Shown here one piece after another: positions 1 to 9,416 of a stretch of 64,000 nucleotides of DNA. The DNA is taken from the IMG/VR virus record IMGVR_UViG_3300013370_000002, positions 1 through 64,000 of that record; one strand, given 5' to 3'. The notes under the pieces were generated by a model, which was not told where the DNA came from, searched no databases, and saw nothing but the letters and a program-made list of their open reading frames with translations. The translations under genes were made by a program, and so were the position numbers. The stretch comes from an uncultured virus (IMG/VR IMGVR_UViG_3300013370_000002). Its lineage: Duplodnaviria; Heunggongvirae; Uroviricota; Caudoviricetes. Position 1 is the stretch's first letter. The number at the start of each line of letters is the position of its first letter.

Positions 1-20
1 TCTATTAAATTCTAGACAAT

Positions 21-55
21 AAAAAACCCTTACAAGTCAATGACTGTAAGGGTTT
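21..55 (-). terminator. Rho-independent terminator downstream of the tRNA 3' end
   Basis: AAACCCTTACA(24-34)/TGTAAGGGTTT(45-55) inverted repeat; the A-run at 21-26 gives a U-tail on the minus strand. Confidence 0.8.
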
Positions 56-60
56 GAATT

Positions 61-107
61 TGGTGGGCCCAGTAGGACTTGAACCTACGACCAAAGGATT
101 ATGAGTC
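61..107 (-). tRNA. 3' half only of tRNA-Ile2 (CAT anticodon); prophage att core, not an intact tRNA
   Basis: Minus strand reads GACTCATAATCCTTTGGTCGTAGGTTCAAGTCCTACTGGGCCCACCA (anticodon loop, T-arm, acceptor 3' strand, CCA); no D-arm or 5' acceptor strand beyond 107. Confidence 0.88.
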
Positions 108-371
108 TTATATTCGGTCAAAATACATGGCAATATTAAAAAGTATTAAAGCGTATCAAACAATACAAGGCTATATTTATCAAGGGTTTGAGAGGGGTTA
201 TACAATATTAGAATGTAATAAAAATTATGTAACGATAATTAAAAAGTATACCAGTAGTATACTCGCTGGCGTGTGCGATATTTTAACAGCACACCATGCC
301 CTGCCTTGAGTGCAATCCAAGGCAGGAAAACGGTAACGGCATTCTTAGAAAGATTCGCAAGCCAATACCTA

Positions 372-647
372 TCACGCATATTGCGCGGTGCAATGATAGG
401 CTGGCTCGTAGGTAAGGTACTCGTCAAGATCGCGCTTATAATATACTACGCACCGTGGACGCGGTTTAAAAAACGCTATACCATTGGTATCTTCACAGCG
501 CATCTTCTGCAAGGTTGCCGTTGATACACCAAGATAGCTTGCGGCATATTCAGGGGTTAGCGGTGTGTCATCTGGATTGTTAATAACAAACTGCTTCATC
601 TTCATTTTTTCGTCTTCAGTGACGTCCTTCCATAGCTTCTTAGCCAT
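372..647 (-). CDS. Excisionase-like small HTH DNA-binding protein
   Basis: LTPEYAASYLGVSTATLQKMR...VVYYKRDLDEYL HTH_17/AlpA-like pattern; lies next to att. Confidence 0.75.
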   Translation of the reverse strand: MAKKLWKDVTEDEKMKMKQFVINNPDDTPLTPEYAASYLGVSTATLQKMRCEDTNGIAFFKPRPRCVVYYKRDLDEYLTYEPAYHCTAQYA

Positions 648-651
648 AACT

Positions 652-852
652 CTAACCTCCTAAGTCATACTCAGTTAATATTGCTGGCTTGCCGTCCAGC
701 TTTGAAACCGCAGGATATAACTCAAATGCGACTTCACTATTTTTGACGATGTACCAGACGCTATGATCTAACGCCTTGTAAATCTGTATGCCGTCGTTAT
801 CACCTTGCAACTCAACTTCATTACCGCGTATTTCTTTGATTAAATCTTTCAT
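652..852 (-). CDS. Hypothetical phage protein
   Basis: 66-aa ORF tightly packed in the leftward operon, with an RBS. Confidence 0.65.
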   Translation of the reverse strand: MKDLIKEIRGNEVELQGDNDGIQIYKALDHSVWYIVKNSEVAFELYPAVSKLDGKPAILTEYDLGG

Positions 853-863
853 TTTTGTATCCT

Positions 864-1622
864 CTACACGTTAGTATTAATATTGCCAGTTATGGCATCG
901 AGACACGCCTTAACCAGATAAGCATTGTCGTGATTTTTTATAATCCACTGTAAGTAACCGCGATCAGTGACCGCTATGTCTCTGATAGCTTTACCTTGGT
1001 GCTTACCAAACGTGAAAGTAAGCGGAATCCGCGCTTCCTCGCTGGCAAGATAAAGCTGCTCCATGCTGGTAATATTACCCAGCTCGCATAAGTGCTCTAG
1101 CAGCCATAAAGTAAACGTCACATCCCAGCCAGCGTCGTGAGCATTGCGACAATACTGACGTGCCAGCTCAGGATTTATCGCGTAGGTGAGTGCGCCTAGC
1201 GAGTGGCTGTCCAAGTCGGGCAGCAATCGACGTGCCAGCGCTTGCGTGCAAATACGTTTGTATTGGCTAACATCAACGCCAGCGTTGGCCGCGACTTGAA
1301 TGTCGAAGTCTGCATTGTGAGCGATAATATAGGCTTCACCGACTGGCAGATATTGCGGCACCACCATCTTATGATTGCGATAATCTTTTACGTCGTCTGG
1401 CGTAATGTGACTGACTGCCATCGCGCCGTAGCTGATCGTGCGGTCAGGGCAACAGTTGATAGTGTAGCTAGGTACTCCTTCAGCAATATCGCCATACATC
1501 ACTTCAGCGACGATATAACCATCTTCATGAAAGCGTATATTGCGATACCCAAGCTGTGTCGCCTCCGCTTCCTTGCTAACGTCTGTCGCTTCAAAATCTA
1601 TAATCATTGCTGGCGTGTTCAT
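864..1622 (-). CDS. DEDDh 3'-5' exonuclease, exonuclease X-like
   Basis: IIDFEAT, AHNADFD and AHDAGWDV motifs; C-terminal FTFGKHQGKAI...YLQW domain. Confidence 0.88.
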   Translation of the reverse strand: MNTPAMIIDFEATDVSKEAEATQLGYRNIRFHEDGYIVAEVMYGDIAEGVPSYTINCCPDRTISYGAMAVSHITPDDVKDYRNHKMVVPQYLPVGEAYIIAHNADFDIQVAANAGVDVSQYKRICTQALARRLLPDLDSHSLGALTYAINPELARQYCRNAHDAGWDVTFTLWLLEHLCELGNITSMEQLYLASEEARIPLTFTFGKHQGKAIRDIAVTDRGYLQWIIKNHDNAYLVKACLDAITGNINTNV

Positions 1623-2044
1623 CTTTTATCATCCTTATTATTCAGTACAAGGTTGGCGATAACTCCAAGCTCCACCATTGTCAGAGCCTTTAAAGTACGA
1701 TTACCAACTTGGTTGATAGCATCCTTTATCTCGTATGCTAGCTTATCCTTATCCTTTTCATGATCGTAGCAATCACTACTAGCATACAAAGTTAAGTGAG
1801 AGTCATGAGTGTCTGCTTCGCGTTTAGAATCAATATGAAATCTACGATGGAAAGCTTTGTCCAACGTGAAATACTTTGTTCCAACCTTCTTAACGGTCAC
1901 ATTATCTGTGATAGGTGGTGCATTTCTTTGACGCTGAGTTAGGAATAACTTTTGACCAACAATGGGTTTTGATTTTAGGAATGCCTGCTGACGCTCTTCC
2001 ATTAGATCGTTGGCAAAGTCCGATAGACTCAATGAATCATTCAT
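1619..2044 (-). CDS. Hypothetical phage protein
   Basis: 141 aa; start and stop overlap the neighbouring genes. Confidence 0.7.
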   Translation of the reverse strand: MNDSLSLSDFANDLMEERQQAFLKSKPIVGQKLFLTQRQRNAPPITDNVTVKKVGTKYFTLDKAFHRRFHIDSKREADTHDSHLTLYASSDCYDHEKDKDKLAYEIKDAINQVGNRTLKALTMVELGVIANLVLNNKDDKR

Positions 2045-2445
2045 GCCATTTGCTCCCTTTGAGCGCGTATCACAATGTAAGAGTCGCGCATATTCATATC
2101 AGCGGTTCCATTTCTAGCAGCGTCAAAAGCAATGGTTGCAGCTTCGGCGATACTGTAATTTGTGCCAGCACTTTGATAGTCGATAGTTGCTACCGCTTTA
2201 TCGCCCTTGCTGTTAAATATATGTGCCGTTACTTTAAATAGGCGAGGCGAGCTAAGTATCTCAGCTCGTTTGTGATCCCATTCGCCGTAGAACTCTGAGC
2301 GGTTGCGTACTTCGTCTGCTTCTAACATATTATCCAACGGTATTTTTAAATATCCGTCGAAGTAATCAGCCTTGCCAGCTTTCGCTTGATTAACCTTTTT
2401 TACTTGCGCCTTCTTGCGGCTGGCGCGGTTTTTAGTCTTTGCCAT
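2041..2445 (-). CDS. Hypothetical phage protein
   Basis: 134 aa, GGAG RBS, operon packing. Confidence 0.7.
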   Translation of the reverse strand: MAKTKNRASRKKAQVKKVNQAKAGKADYFDGYLKIPLDNMLEADEVRNRSEFYGEWDHKRAEILSSPRLFKVTAHIFNSKGDKAVATIDYQSAGTNYSIAEAATIAFDAARNGTADMNMRDSYIVIRAQREQMA

Positions 2446-2454
2446 GATTAGCTC

Positions 2455-2790
2455 CTAATGCTTACTGTCTGACTGAAGACTGGTTTTTGCGATAGTAGCA
2501 GCCTCCATTAAGGCGCTATTGAGATTTGAAAGTAGTTCGACTGCTGCTATGTGCGGTTGCTTAATCGTGCCGTTTCTAACTAAGTGCGTAAAAGTCTCAA
2601 CCATTGCGCTGGCTTGGATGTTTAAAAGCATTGAGGCGGTGCCAGCACATGCCAATATTAACTTAGGACCGTGTTCTTCAAGCCCTGTAGACATAACAAC
2701 CATTGCCTTGGTTTTATCATCGCCAGTCACTTCGTTGAAGTTATTGATAAGCTGCTGGCTTTCGTTTTTAATATTGATTTCCATAATCAT
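2455..2790 (-). CDS. Hypothetical phage protein
   Basis: 111 aa, operon packing. Confidence 0.65.
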   Translation of the reverse strand: MIMEINIKNESQQLINNFNEVTGDDKTKAMVVMSTGLEEHGPKLILACAGTASMLLNIQASAMVETFTHLVRNGTIKQPHIAAVELLSNLNSALMEAATIAKTSLQSDSKH

Positions 2791-2927
2791 TCTTCCGCAG
2801 TAAGTTAAATAGGGTGTTTAGGCTGGCAGTTGTCCTTTCAAACTAACCCCAGTGTCATAGCCTTGGTGAGCCATCACCTCACCAACTAGCTGATACAAGT
2901 TACCCAAACGATTAATGGTTTATTCAA

Positions 2928-3359
2928 TCAATATTTTTTACCACCATCTTTGACATGGTTCTCCATCTTGTGATCTGCACGCTGAGCGTTGTAAGCCAGC
3001 TTTTCAGCGATAGCGCCGCCCAGGTCATAACCTTTCCCGCCAGCCAAGTCGCAAATGCGGATAACTGCATCTGCCAATTCAACTTCCATCATTTTTCGGT
3101 GCGGTAAGTGATCGTCCATCAAACCCTTACGATCACCTTCCATTGCCTCGCTAAGCTCGCTGACACATAACATGAGCATCTGACCAGTGTTGCGCTTCAT
3201 ACCACTGCCGTCAGCATCGCCTAGATACTCGCCAGTTTCGGGGCAAGTCCACCAGCCGCCGTTAATACTGGCTGTGTGGCAAGCGTCTTGTAATAGCATT
3301 ACGGCGTCAGCAAGTGGCTGGCCTGTTAAAATTGGGATTAAGTCTTTCTTCGAGTCCAT
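2928..3359 (-). CDS. MazG-like nucleotide pyrophosphohydrolase
   Basis: SELSEAME...EVELADAVIRICDLAG (ExxE...ExxD metal-binding pattern). Confidence 0.8.
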   Translation of the reverse strand: MDSKKDLIPILTGQPLADAVMLLQDACHTASINGGWWTCPETGEYLGDADGSGMKRNTGQMLMLCVSELSEAMEGDRKGLMDDHLPHRKMMEVELADAVIRICDLAGGKGYDLGGAIAEKLAYNAQRADHKMENHVKDGGKKY

Positions 3360-3420
3360 GGCTTTTACCTTTAGATTAAAATAGGGACCGCTTACGGCGG
3401 TTAGTCGTTATTCCGAAAAG

Positions 3421-4212
3421 TTAAAACTGACCGTCAAAATGAGGGGCAAACGGGATATCATCATCTACTGGGCCAGGCGGCATACTTGTTTGCTGCTGCG
3501 TATTTACTGGCGCGTTGTTCTGATAGCTTTGCTGTGGCGGCGCAGTACGCTGATAAGAGGTGCTGTTATTTTGCTGACCACCTTGCGGCTGGCTAGTACG
3601 CTGATTGCTATAACCGCCTTGCCTACCGCCCATCTGTGCATCAACTTCTTTTTCTGACTTTTGCGAGTAACCAATCAAACGCTCCATCTGCACCTCAATT
3701 TGATGTGGTGCCGCCTGATCCTTCTGCTCTTGCAATGTTTGGCGCTTTTGGTTGAAGGCGGCAAATAGCTGTGTCTTTTTGCGCTTCTCGCCGTTATAAA
3801 CTTCAAACTCGTCAATAAACAGACCGGTGAAATGCTTGCCTATCAATTCATTAGCGACTGTCATCTGAGTTGGAACCACCTTGCCAGCGGCAGCATCGTA
3901 CTTGTCGATATTGGCTTGCGTTGGCGTTAGCGTCGTAACGCCAGTGACCGCCATAATGCTTTGCAGTTGGTTGTAAAAACCTTCGATATAACTGCCATCT
4001 TGCTTCATAAACCAAAGGGTGAAATAACCTTTTTGACCGTCAGCATTGAATACGTCAAAACCCATACCGGTTGTGCCAGTGTTGGCCGATACAACAAACT
4101 CAGCGCGGACAATCTTGACCAGTTGTTCGCTGTTGCCTTCAAAAAATTGACCGCCGCCAGTATTGGCTTTAAGTGCGGCAGTTTCGTTCAGCTGAATAGT
4201 AGGGAAGTTCAT
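3421..4212 (-). CDS. Putative phage single-strand DNA-binding protein
   Basis: Beta-rich N-terminus, Q/G-rich linker, DDDIPF acidic tail; follows a Sak4-like ATPase. Confidence 0.65.
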   Translation of the reverse strand: MNFPTIQLNETAALKANTGGGQFFEGNSEQLVKIVRAEFVVSANTGTTGMGFDVFNADGQKGYFTLWFMKQDGSYIEGFYNQLQSIMAVTGVTTLTPTQANIDKYDAAAGKVVPTQMTVANELIGKHFTGLFIDEFEVYNGEKRKKTQLFAAFNQKRQTLQEQKDQAAPHQIEVQMERLIGYSQKSEKEVDAQMGGRQGGYSNQRTSQPQGGQQNNSTSYQRTAPPQQSYQNNAPVNTQQQTSMPPGPVDDDIPFAPHFDGQF

Positions 4213-4233
4213 GGATGTGTCCTTTAATTAAAA

Positions 4234-4893
4234 TTAGGCTGTTTGTGCCTGTTGATTAGGGTTTTTAGCAATGCCGTAGAAGTCGCAGATTGCGTCATCT
4301 ACAGCGTTTAAGTCGTTCGGTATTAATTCACTGCTAAACATTTCATGCGGCGTTTTGACAGTGGTTGTGCCGTCATTCTTGGTCATAAAGTAATGCTCGC
4401 CATTGCGGATGGCAGTTTGCAGTACGATAGTCACCATGCCTTCGAGTACGATTTTTTCATCGAGCATCTTGCCCATCGTTTTAATCTTCGTCTTACCTTC
4501 CGCCTCTTCGATATGCGATAAAATGTAGATGCGTTGGTCAGGGTGCGTATTATTGATAGCCGTGTTCAGAATGTTCCAGGCGTTCTGACCAATCCGATTA
4601 AAGCGCTGGAATACTGAGTTGCCACCACCTTCATCGGTCACACCGCGCATAAACTCATTGGCCATGATGTACTGGAAGTCATCGATAATCACGATAGGCG
4701 CTTGAAAGGTTGGCAAACGATCATTAATCTCGTAAGCGTTATCCGTGTTCAGTTTTCTAAACTGCTTGCCGGCTCGAAAGGGTAGCGGCTTACCCATGAC
4801 GTTGATAACGCCACATAGCGATGGGTCGAGGTTTTGCATACTAAAAGACTTGCCCGAACCGCTATTGCCTAGCACTAAAGTCACGATAGCCAT
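4234..4893 (-). CDS. AAA/P-loop ATPase, Sak4-like recombinase
   Basis: Walker A GNSGSGKS, Walker B IVIIDDFQY, KTMGKMLDEK, VKTPHEMF. Confidence 0.82.
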   Translation of the reverse strand: MAIVTLVLGNSGSGKSFSMQNLDPSLCGVINVMGKPLPFRAGKQFRKLNTDNAYEINDRLPTFQAPIVIIDDFQYIMANEFMRGVTDEGGGNSVFQRFNRIGQNAWNILNTAINNTHPDQRIYILSHIEEAEGKTKIKTMGKMLDEKIVLEGMVTIVLQTAIRNGEHYFMTKNDGTTTVKTPHEMFSSELIPNDLNAVDDAICDFYGIAKNPNQQAQTA

Positions 4894-5060
4894 TAGTTAC
4901 TCTCCTCACTTGAGCCAAACACGCTATCAAACTGCGCGAGCATCTGGCCCATCATTTGTTTTTCAGCTTCGGCGCTGGCTTGCTCGCTGATATTGTTCGC
5001 GAACCAGTGTTGCTCTTCTTGATCCATCCATTCAAAACCTGCTTGATTAGACTCATTCAT
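4893..5060 (-). CDS. Small hypothetical protein (55 aa, MNESNQAGFEW...), not in the ORF track
   Basis: GGAGG RBS; TAATG overlap with the ATPase start. Confidence 0.6.
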   Translation of the reverse strand: MNESNQAGFEWMDQEEQHWFANNISEQASAEAEKQMMGQMLAQFDSVFGSSEESN

Positions 5061-5400
5061 GATCGTCGCCTCCTAATCCCAAGATGAAGTTCACGCGATT
5101 GTGAGCTGACTTAACCGCCTCCTTAGCGCCTTTCACGCCAGCAATCAACCTATCCATATCTAGGTTATCGACCGTGTTTTGAAGTTCTGAAACATCCCAC
5201 TCGAGACTATTAATCTCGCGTTGAAGGTCTTCGCAACCGCCACACGGCTTATCTTCGACGACCTGAACATTGCCATACTTAATTGGCAGCGCATCCAACG
5301 TGACAGCCAACTCATAAGCCAAGCTATCGGTGTCACAATCAAGACCTTCATCGATAAGCTCAGCATCGGTCATTGTTTTATAACTGATTCTGCTACTCAT
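5053..5400 (-). CDS. Hypothetical coiled-coil phage protein
   Basis: 115 aa, CxxC followed by a heptad pattern, overlapping neighbours. Confidence 0.65.
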   Translation of the reverse strand: MSSRISYKTMTDAELIDEGLDCDTDSLAYELAVTLDALPIKYGNVQVVEDKPCGGCEDLQREINSLEWDVSELQNTVDNLDMDRLIAGVKGAKEAVKSAHNRVNFILGLGGDDHE

Positions 5401-5909
5401 GACTTTCTCCCATACGCTTTTGCTATCACATCGTTTGCGTGCTTAGCATCCGCATAGTGTTTAGACGCTAAGTAACTGACATCATCATCCAAGTCGTCTT
5501 GATTAACGCTATCAGCAAGTAATGGCTGGCTAGTCGATGTCGCTATATCTTTATCGATCTGAGACAGTACATAGTTATTGCAACCAGTGAGCGATCCGAC
5601 GACTGCTATCGTGAGCGCAACTGCTAGACCGCCCAATATATGAATAACGCATTCTCGCGTGTGCTGCATGAGCGTGACACGGTGTAAAAACTGGTCAGTC
5701 TCGTCACCATCTAGCAGCTTGGCTGGCGAGTAACCCCAATCACGCAGTCCTTGCCAGCCGATAGCGCGGATGTAGCTACCAGTGTTCGCATCAGTTAAAT
5801 CTGCATACTGATCGGTACGATGAATATTTAAGTGCTCATTGGCACCAAACTGGTAAACCGTAGGCGCATATCTATCACCTTTCTTGACTAACTTTAGTAA
5901 TTGACTCAT
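5397..5909 (-). CDS. Hypothetical protein with one transmembrane segment
   Basis: 170 aa, hydrophobic VIHILGGLAVALTIAVVGSL, GGAG RBS. Confidence 0.65.
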   Translation of the reverse strand: MSQLLKLVKKGDRYAPTVYQFGANEHLNIHRTDQYADLTDANTGSYIRAIGWQGLRDWGYSPAKLLDGDETDQFLHRVTLMQHTRECVIHILGGLAVALTIAVVGSLTGCNNYVLSQIDKDIATSTSQPLLADSVNQDDLDDDVSYLASKHYADAKHANDVIAKAYGRKS

Positions 5910-5963
5910 AATGAATCTCCGTAGTAGGAATTACCCCAGTCAATTTGCCTTGACTGGGTTTTT

Positions 5964-6131
5964 TTATGCCTGTTTATTAAGGGCGGTGATTAAAGCGTCG
6001 GCGTGCTTGACTGCCGTTTCTGCCATTTCATAACTACCTACGCGCTTGCCAGCATTGGCAGCAATAAGACCTTGCATGGCTGCCGCTGCTATCTGATCGC
6101 GTCGGCTTAACGGTTCTGATTGGTTGCTCAT
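5964..6131 (-). CDS. Small conserved-type phage protein (55 aa, MSNQSEPLSRRDQIAAAAMQGLIA...ADALI), not in the ORF track
   Basis: AAGGA RBS; the RDxxAxxAMQGL...ADAL pattern is common in small phage proteins; first gene of the leftward operon. Confidence 0.7.
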   Translation of the reverse strand: MSNQSEPLSRRDQIAAAAMQGLIAANAGKRVGSYEMAETAVKHADALITALNKQA

Positions 6132-6194
6132 AAAAATCCTTATCTAGTTTTAGCGATTGCTCGCAGGGCGTTTTCCGTTTCGATGCGATAATTA

Positions 6195-6274
6195 TGAACC
6201 AGTGGTTCTTATACGTCAAGCCAAACATGAACCAATTATGTAAATAATAAGAACCAATATGAATTTTAGGTACA
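6195..6274. promoter_or_regulatory. oL-like operator region
   Basis: TGAAC-N5-GTTCT at 6195-6209, degenerate TGAAT-N5-GTACA at 6260-6274, and half-sites between them; same motif as between cI and cro. Confidence 0.65.
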
Positions 6275-6300
6275 AAAAAACCGCCAATAAAGGCGGTTTG
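6274..6300 (-). terminator. Terminator downstream of cI
   Basis: AAACCGCC/GGCGGTTT stem with an A-run on its left. Confidence 0.75.
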
Positions 6301-6437
6301 ATAGTAAATAATTGTAGCTATTTAATTGTAATTAATCCCAGTCCAAAGCTTCGCGGTACACGCACCAGCCAGCGGGTAGTGTCTCTACTGGCTTAGCGTG
6401 TTTTAAAAAATGACATATCCAAACGTACGCCCAATCA

Positions 6438-7205
6438 TTAGTATTCGACATATTTGCCCACCACCTTACCTACTAAATTACATTCGCCCATTGGTAGCAT
6501 TTTTTGCTCATGCCAGTTCGGGTTAAGAGGGCGCAAGTACATATCTTCCGATGTTTCGCCAAGTACCAGCTGCTTAAAGGTCGCTTCCGTATCGTTATTG
6601 CATTGAACTATCACAAGATCATTGTTTTTTAGTGCAAACAACCCAGTTTGCGGCTCAACGTAAATAATGTCGTCTGGATCAAACTTAGGCAACATGCTCT
6701 CACCTCGGACAATCAAAGCAAAACCGTTCTTTGATAGGTTTTTCGGTCTTGATACTTTGCCTATAGCGTCATCAAAAGTAACAGCCTCTACGTTAGACCA
6801 GCTGCCAGCCGCCACCCAGCTTAATATAGGCACTTCATCCGAAGTATCTGCCATAGGTGCGTTTACTGTATCTCTCGGTGCAATATTGCTATCTCTGGCA
6901 CCGCCATTCTCAATATCTTTTATTCTTTGCATTAACTCGGAAGCGGTTGGTTTAACCTTCTCTTCTCCTTGCCCAGCAGCAAGCCAGTTAAAATTAACAT
7001 TTAGGAATTTAGCTAACGCCTCTATGTTGTGATGATCGGGTAGAGCCTCGGCTTTTAGCCACTTATTTATAGCTCTGTCAGATATATCAAAACCAGCCTC
7101 TCGTTTTAGTCGTTGCGCCCTTCCTCTTGCTGTGTAGCCCTTGCCATCCAAAATAGTGTTCAGCCTTTTTGCAAATGCAACCTTCGCGTCATCCGAACTA
7201 TTCAT
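6438..7205 (-). CDS. cI: CI-like repressor (HTH plus S24 autopeptidase)
   Basis: N-terminal HTH, VAAG cleavage site, GESM catalytic Ser, ATFKQL catalytic Lys; divergent from cro. Confidence 0.93.
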   Translation of the reverse strand: MNSSDDAKVAFAKRLNTILDGKGYTARGRAQRLKREAGFDISDRAINKWLKAEALPDHHNIEALAKFLNVNFNWLAAGQGEEKVKPTASELMQRIKDIENGGARDSNIAPRDTVNAPMADTSDEVPILSWVAAGSWSNVEAVTFDDAIGKVSRPKNLSKNGFALIVRGESMLPKFDPDDIIYVEPQTGLFALKNNDLVIVQCNNDTEATFKQLVLGETSEDMYLRPLNPNWHEQKMLPMGECNLVGKVVGKYVEY

Positions 7206-7218
7206 ATTCGTTCCTTTA

Positions 7219-7289
7219 TGAACCGTTTGTTCAATTATATTTTCTATTGTGTGAAAAGTCAGTACCTGTTAATATGAACCAATTGTTCT
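7219..7289. promoter_or_regulatory. oR-like operators
   Basis: TGAACCGTTTGTTCA 7219-7233, degenerate TGAAAAGTCAGTACC 7252-7266, TGAACCAATTGTTCT 7275-7289. Confidence 0.72.
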
Positions 7290-7308
7290 TAATATAGGAA
7301 TCACTAAC

Positions 7309-7560
7309 ATGCAACAAACTCCATTAAAGGTATTTATCGATGATGAATGCGGTGGTGTGCTTGCTGTAGCAGATAAAACAAGCCTAAGCGTTCGCGCTAT
7401 TTATAAATGGGCTAAAAAAGGTTCTTTGCCGCGTACCGAGTTCACCAGCGAAACAAGTTATTCAAAAAACCTTTCTGACCTTTCAGGCGTTTCAGTAGAA
7501 GAGATTAAGAATAGGTTTAAGCCACAACCGCAACCTCAGCTTGAACCAGAAGAAGCTTAA
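7309..7560 (+). CDS. cro: Cro-like repressor
   Basis: Small HTH (GGVLAVADKTSLSVRAIYKW...LPRTE) divergent from cI. Confidence 0.85.
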   Translation: MQQTPLKVFIDDECGGVLAVADKTSLSVRAIYKWAKKGSLPRTEFTSETSYSKNLSDLSGVSVEEIKNRFKPQPQPQLEPEEA

Positions 7561-7625
7561 CCCTCTCATAAATACTAATCCTAAATAATCTTAATAAAAA
7601 CGTGCAAATGAACAGGAATAATACG

Positions 7626-8111
7626 ATGAACGTAATCGACGCAGCACACAGTACGGTACACAACGATGCGCATGGCGGATCAGCCGCGCTAGCAACACGT
7701 TTAGGCATGTCAGTTGCCGTACTGAACAATAAAGTCAACCCAAGCGCACCAGCCCACCATCTACGCTTAGATGAAGCGCTGAAAATCATGGAGTTCACGG
7801 GTGACCACAGCATCATTCAATCCATGGCGCAGCGTCTTGGTGGTGTGTATTGCGAAGTGGGCGTGGCAGCAAAGAAGGATGACTTAATCATGACCGCATT
7901 ATCCGCATCTGCCTGCCAAGGCGATGTCATGAGCGAGCTACACCAGGCGCTTGAAGACGGCCAAATCAGCTGTGACCAGCGTGTGACACTTAAAGCAAAG
8001 ATACAAACAGCATTGTCTGAACTACAAGCGCTTGCTCAGCACGTTGATGAAAAACACGCCAGCGACAACCCGCATATCGTCGCTCGCTGGCAGGCTGAGT
8101 TCGGAAAATGA
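7626..8111 (+). CDS. CII-family (CP76-like) phage regulator
   Basis: GGSAALATRLGMSVAVLNNKVNP...HHLRLDEA pattern; follows cro. Confidence 0.82.
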   Translation: MNVIDAAHSTVHNDAHGGSAALATRLGMSVAVLNNKVNPSAPAHHLRLDEALKIMEFTGDHSIIQSMAQRLGGVYCEVGVAAKKDDLIMTALSASACQGDVMSELHQALEDGQISCDQRVTLKAKIQTALSELQALAQHVDEKHASDNPHIVARWQAEFGK

Positions 8112-8362
8112 AAATCACCGACGACGACTTATTACCCTGCGAGCAGTTCAGCGCAAAACGTGCCAGCGAGCACTTAGAGCGCGAACAAGAGTATGAGCGC
8201 AAGGCAAGGCTGGCACGTCAGACTATCGATGAATGCGAGCAGGAAAAGAGAGACAAGGAAGCTGACCAAGCGGCATTTTGGAAAGTTGTTTATATCCTCG
8301 TCCATGTAGCAGCCGCGGCACTCGTGCTATTCACAATTTATAGGTTTTGGGGGAAGTCATGA
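8108..8362 (+). CDS. Hypothetical protein with a C-terminal TM helix
   Basis: 84 aa, ATGA overlaps, hydrophobic C-terminus. Confidence 0.65.
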   Translation: MKITDDDLLPCEQFSAKRASEHLEREQEYERKARLARQTIDECEQEKRDKEADQAAFWKVVYILVHVAAAALVLFTIYRFWGKS

Positions 8363-9330
8363 TAAGAGAGCAAGTTTTTAGCGATAGAAGTGGTTATCCG
8401 AAGGCTATTGATCCTGAGTATGCAGCGCAGATTGCTGAACACAAAGAAAAGATTGGCTTTACTGATCTTGATGATCCAAACGCGCCAAAACGCAAAGTAC
8501 CGCGCACCGACGCACAGCTACGTGAGCTTGAAGGTATTGAGAAAGCCAAGGCTGAGAAGATAGCGCAAGCTGAACACCAAGCAGCATTGGCTCGCTTAAA
8601 TGACGGCACAGCAATATTGCGTCAAAAGGGTGATCGCACCAAGCCAGCGGCTAAGCAGCTAAAGGTAGCTAAAAAGGCGGCTAAACCAGCTACACGAGGT
8701 AGAGCGCTTGGTTTTAAGGTTGGCGAGTATAAAGAAGCCAAGGCGCGTCGTGTGCCAATCGTAGAAAAACTAAAGGCTGGCGAGTTTATAGAGGTATTGC
8801 AGCAGGACGAAAGCATAGAGAGGCAGCGTGAGTATTCTCAGCAATATTCCGATATTTCGCATATCAGAAGCAATCTGGGGTTAAAAGTGGCTCGTGTGCG
8901 CTGCAATCAAAGAGGCGTGTCTTTTTATGCTATCGACGCATTCCCACGGTACGAGTCAGAAGTGGCGATCAGTGGCACGATCAGCGATAAGAATTTGCTG
9001 CTACAAGCGCTACTGAGCAGAGAGCTAGTGCTGGCAAGTGATTTAACGTGTTCGGCTAAGGTGGCATCAAGAAATGTAATGTCGATCATGCGTAAGCACG
9101 ACTTGGATATTTATACCGTGTTCAGTGGTTCAACAACCGAGGGCTGGATATTTATTCCAAATAAAGAAAAGCAGCAAGTAAAGATCAATGAGCTTGGCGA
9201 TATGTTGCAAGCCATCGATTATTTAAAGATCAGAAAAGAAGTGCAAGTACGTATGCCAGGCGCATCGACTGGCGAGATAGATGATGCGACGTTTATTGAA
9301 TATAAGCGCATACAGAAAGACGGGCAATAA
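8359..9330 (+). CDS. Hypothetical phage protein
   Basis: Long ORF starting at ATG 8359 (ATGA overlap); no recognised motif. Confidence 0.7.
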   Translation: MIREQVFSDRSGYPKAIDPEYAAQIAEHKEKIGFTDLDDPNAPKRKVPRTDAQLRELEGIEKAKAEKIAQAEHQAALARLNDGTAILRQKGDRTKPAAKQLKVAKKAAKPATRGRALGFKVGEYKEAKARRVPIVEKLKAGEFIEVLQQDESIERQREYSQQYSDISHIRSNLGLKVARVRCNQRGVSFYAIDAFPRYESEVAISGTISDKNLLLQALLSRELVLASDLTCSAKVASRNVMSIMRKHDLDIYTVFSGSTTEGWIFIPNKEKQQVKINELGDMLQAIDYLKIRKEVQVRMPGASTGEIDDATFIEYKRIQKDGQ

Positions 9331-9416
9331 AAAACCCTTAGAGCGACGAACTCTAAGGGCGTTTAACAAACTTAACCTGAAATTGGAGTATATCAGACAT
9401 GAATAACCTAATGCAA
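9328..9416 (-). ncRNA. Candidate oop-like antisense RNA unit
   Basis: Minus-strand TTGCAT-N18-TATACT (9416-9387) upstream of a CCCTTAGAG/CTCTAAGGG hairpin with a U-tail. Confidence 0.4.

Noticed and set aside
61..140. Intact tRNA gene
   Set aside because: Similarity stops in the anticodon stem at 107; no D-arm or 5' acceptor strand, so it is an att remnant
79..524. ORFs 79-309, 239-427 and 273-524
   Set aside because: They overlap the att region or lie antisense to the Xis-like gene; no RBS or motif support
6034..6228. Track ORF of 64 aa on the minus strand
   Set aside because: The overlapping 5964-6131 frame has a better RBS and a recognisable motif, and this ORF runs across operator sites
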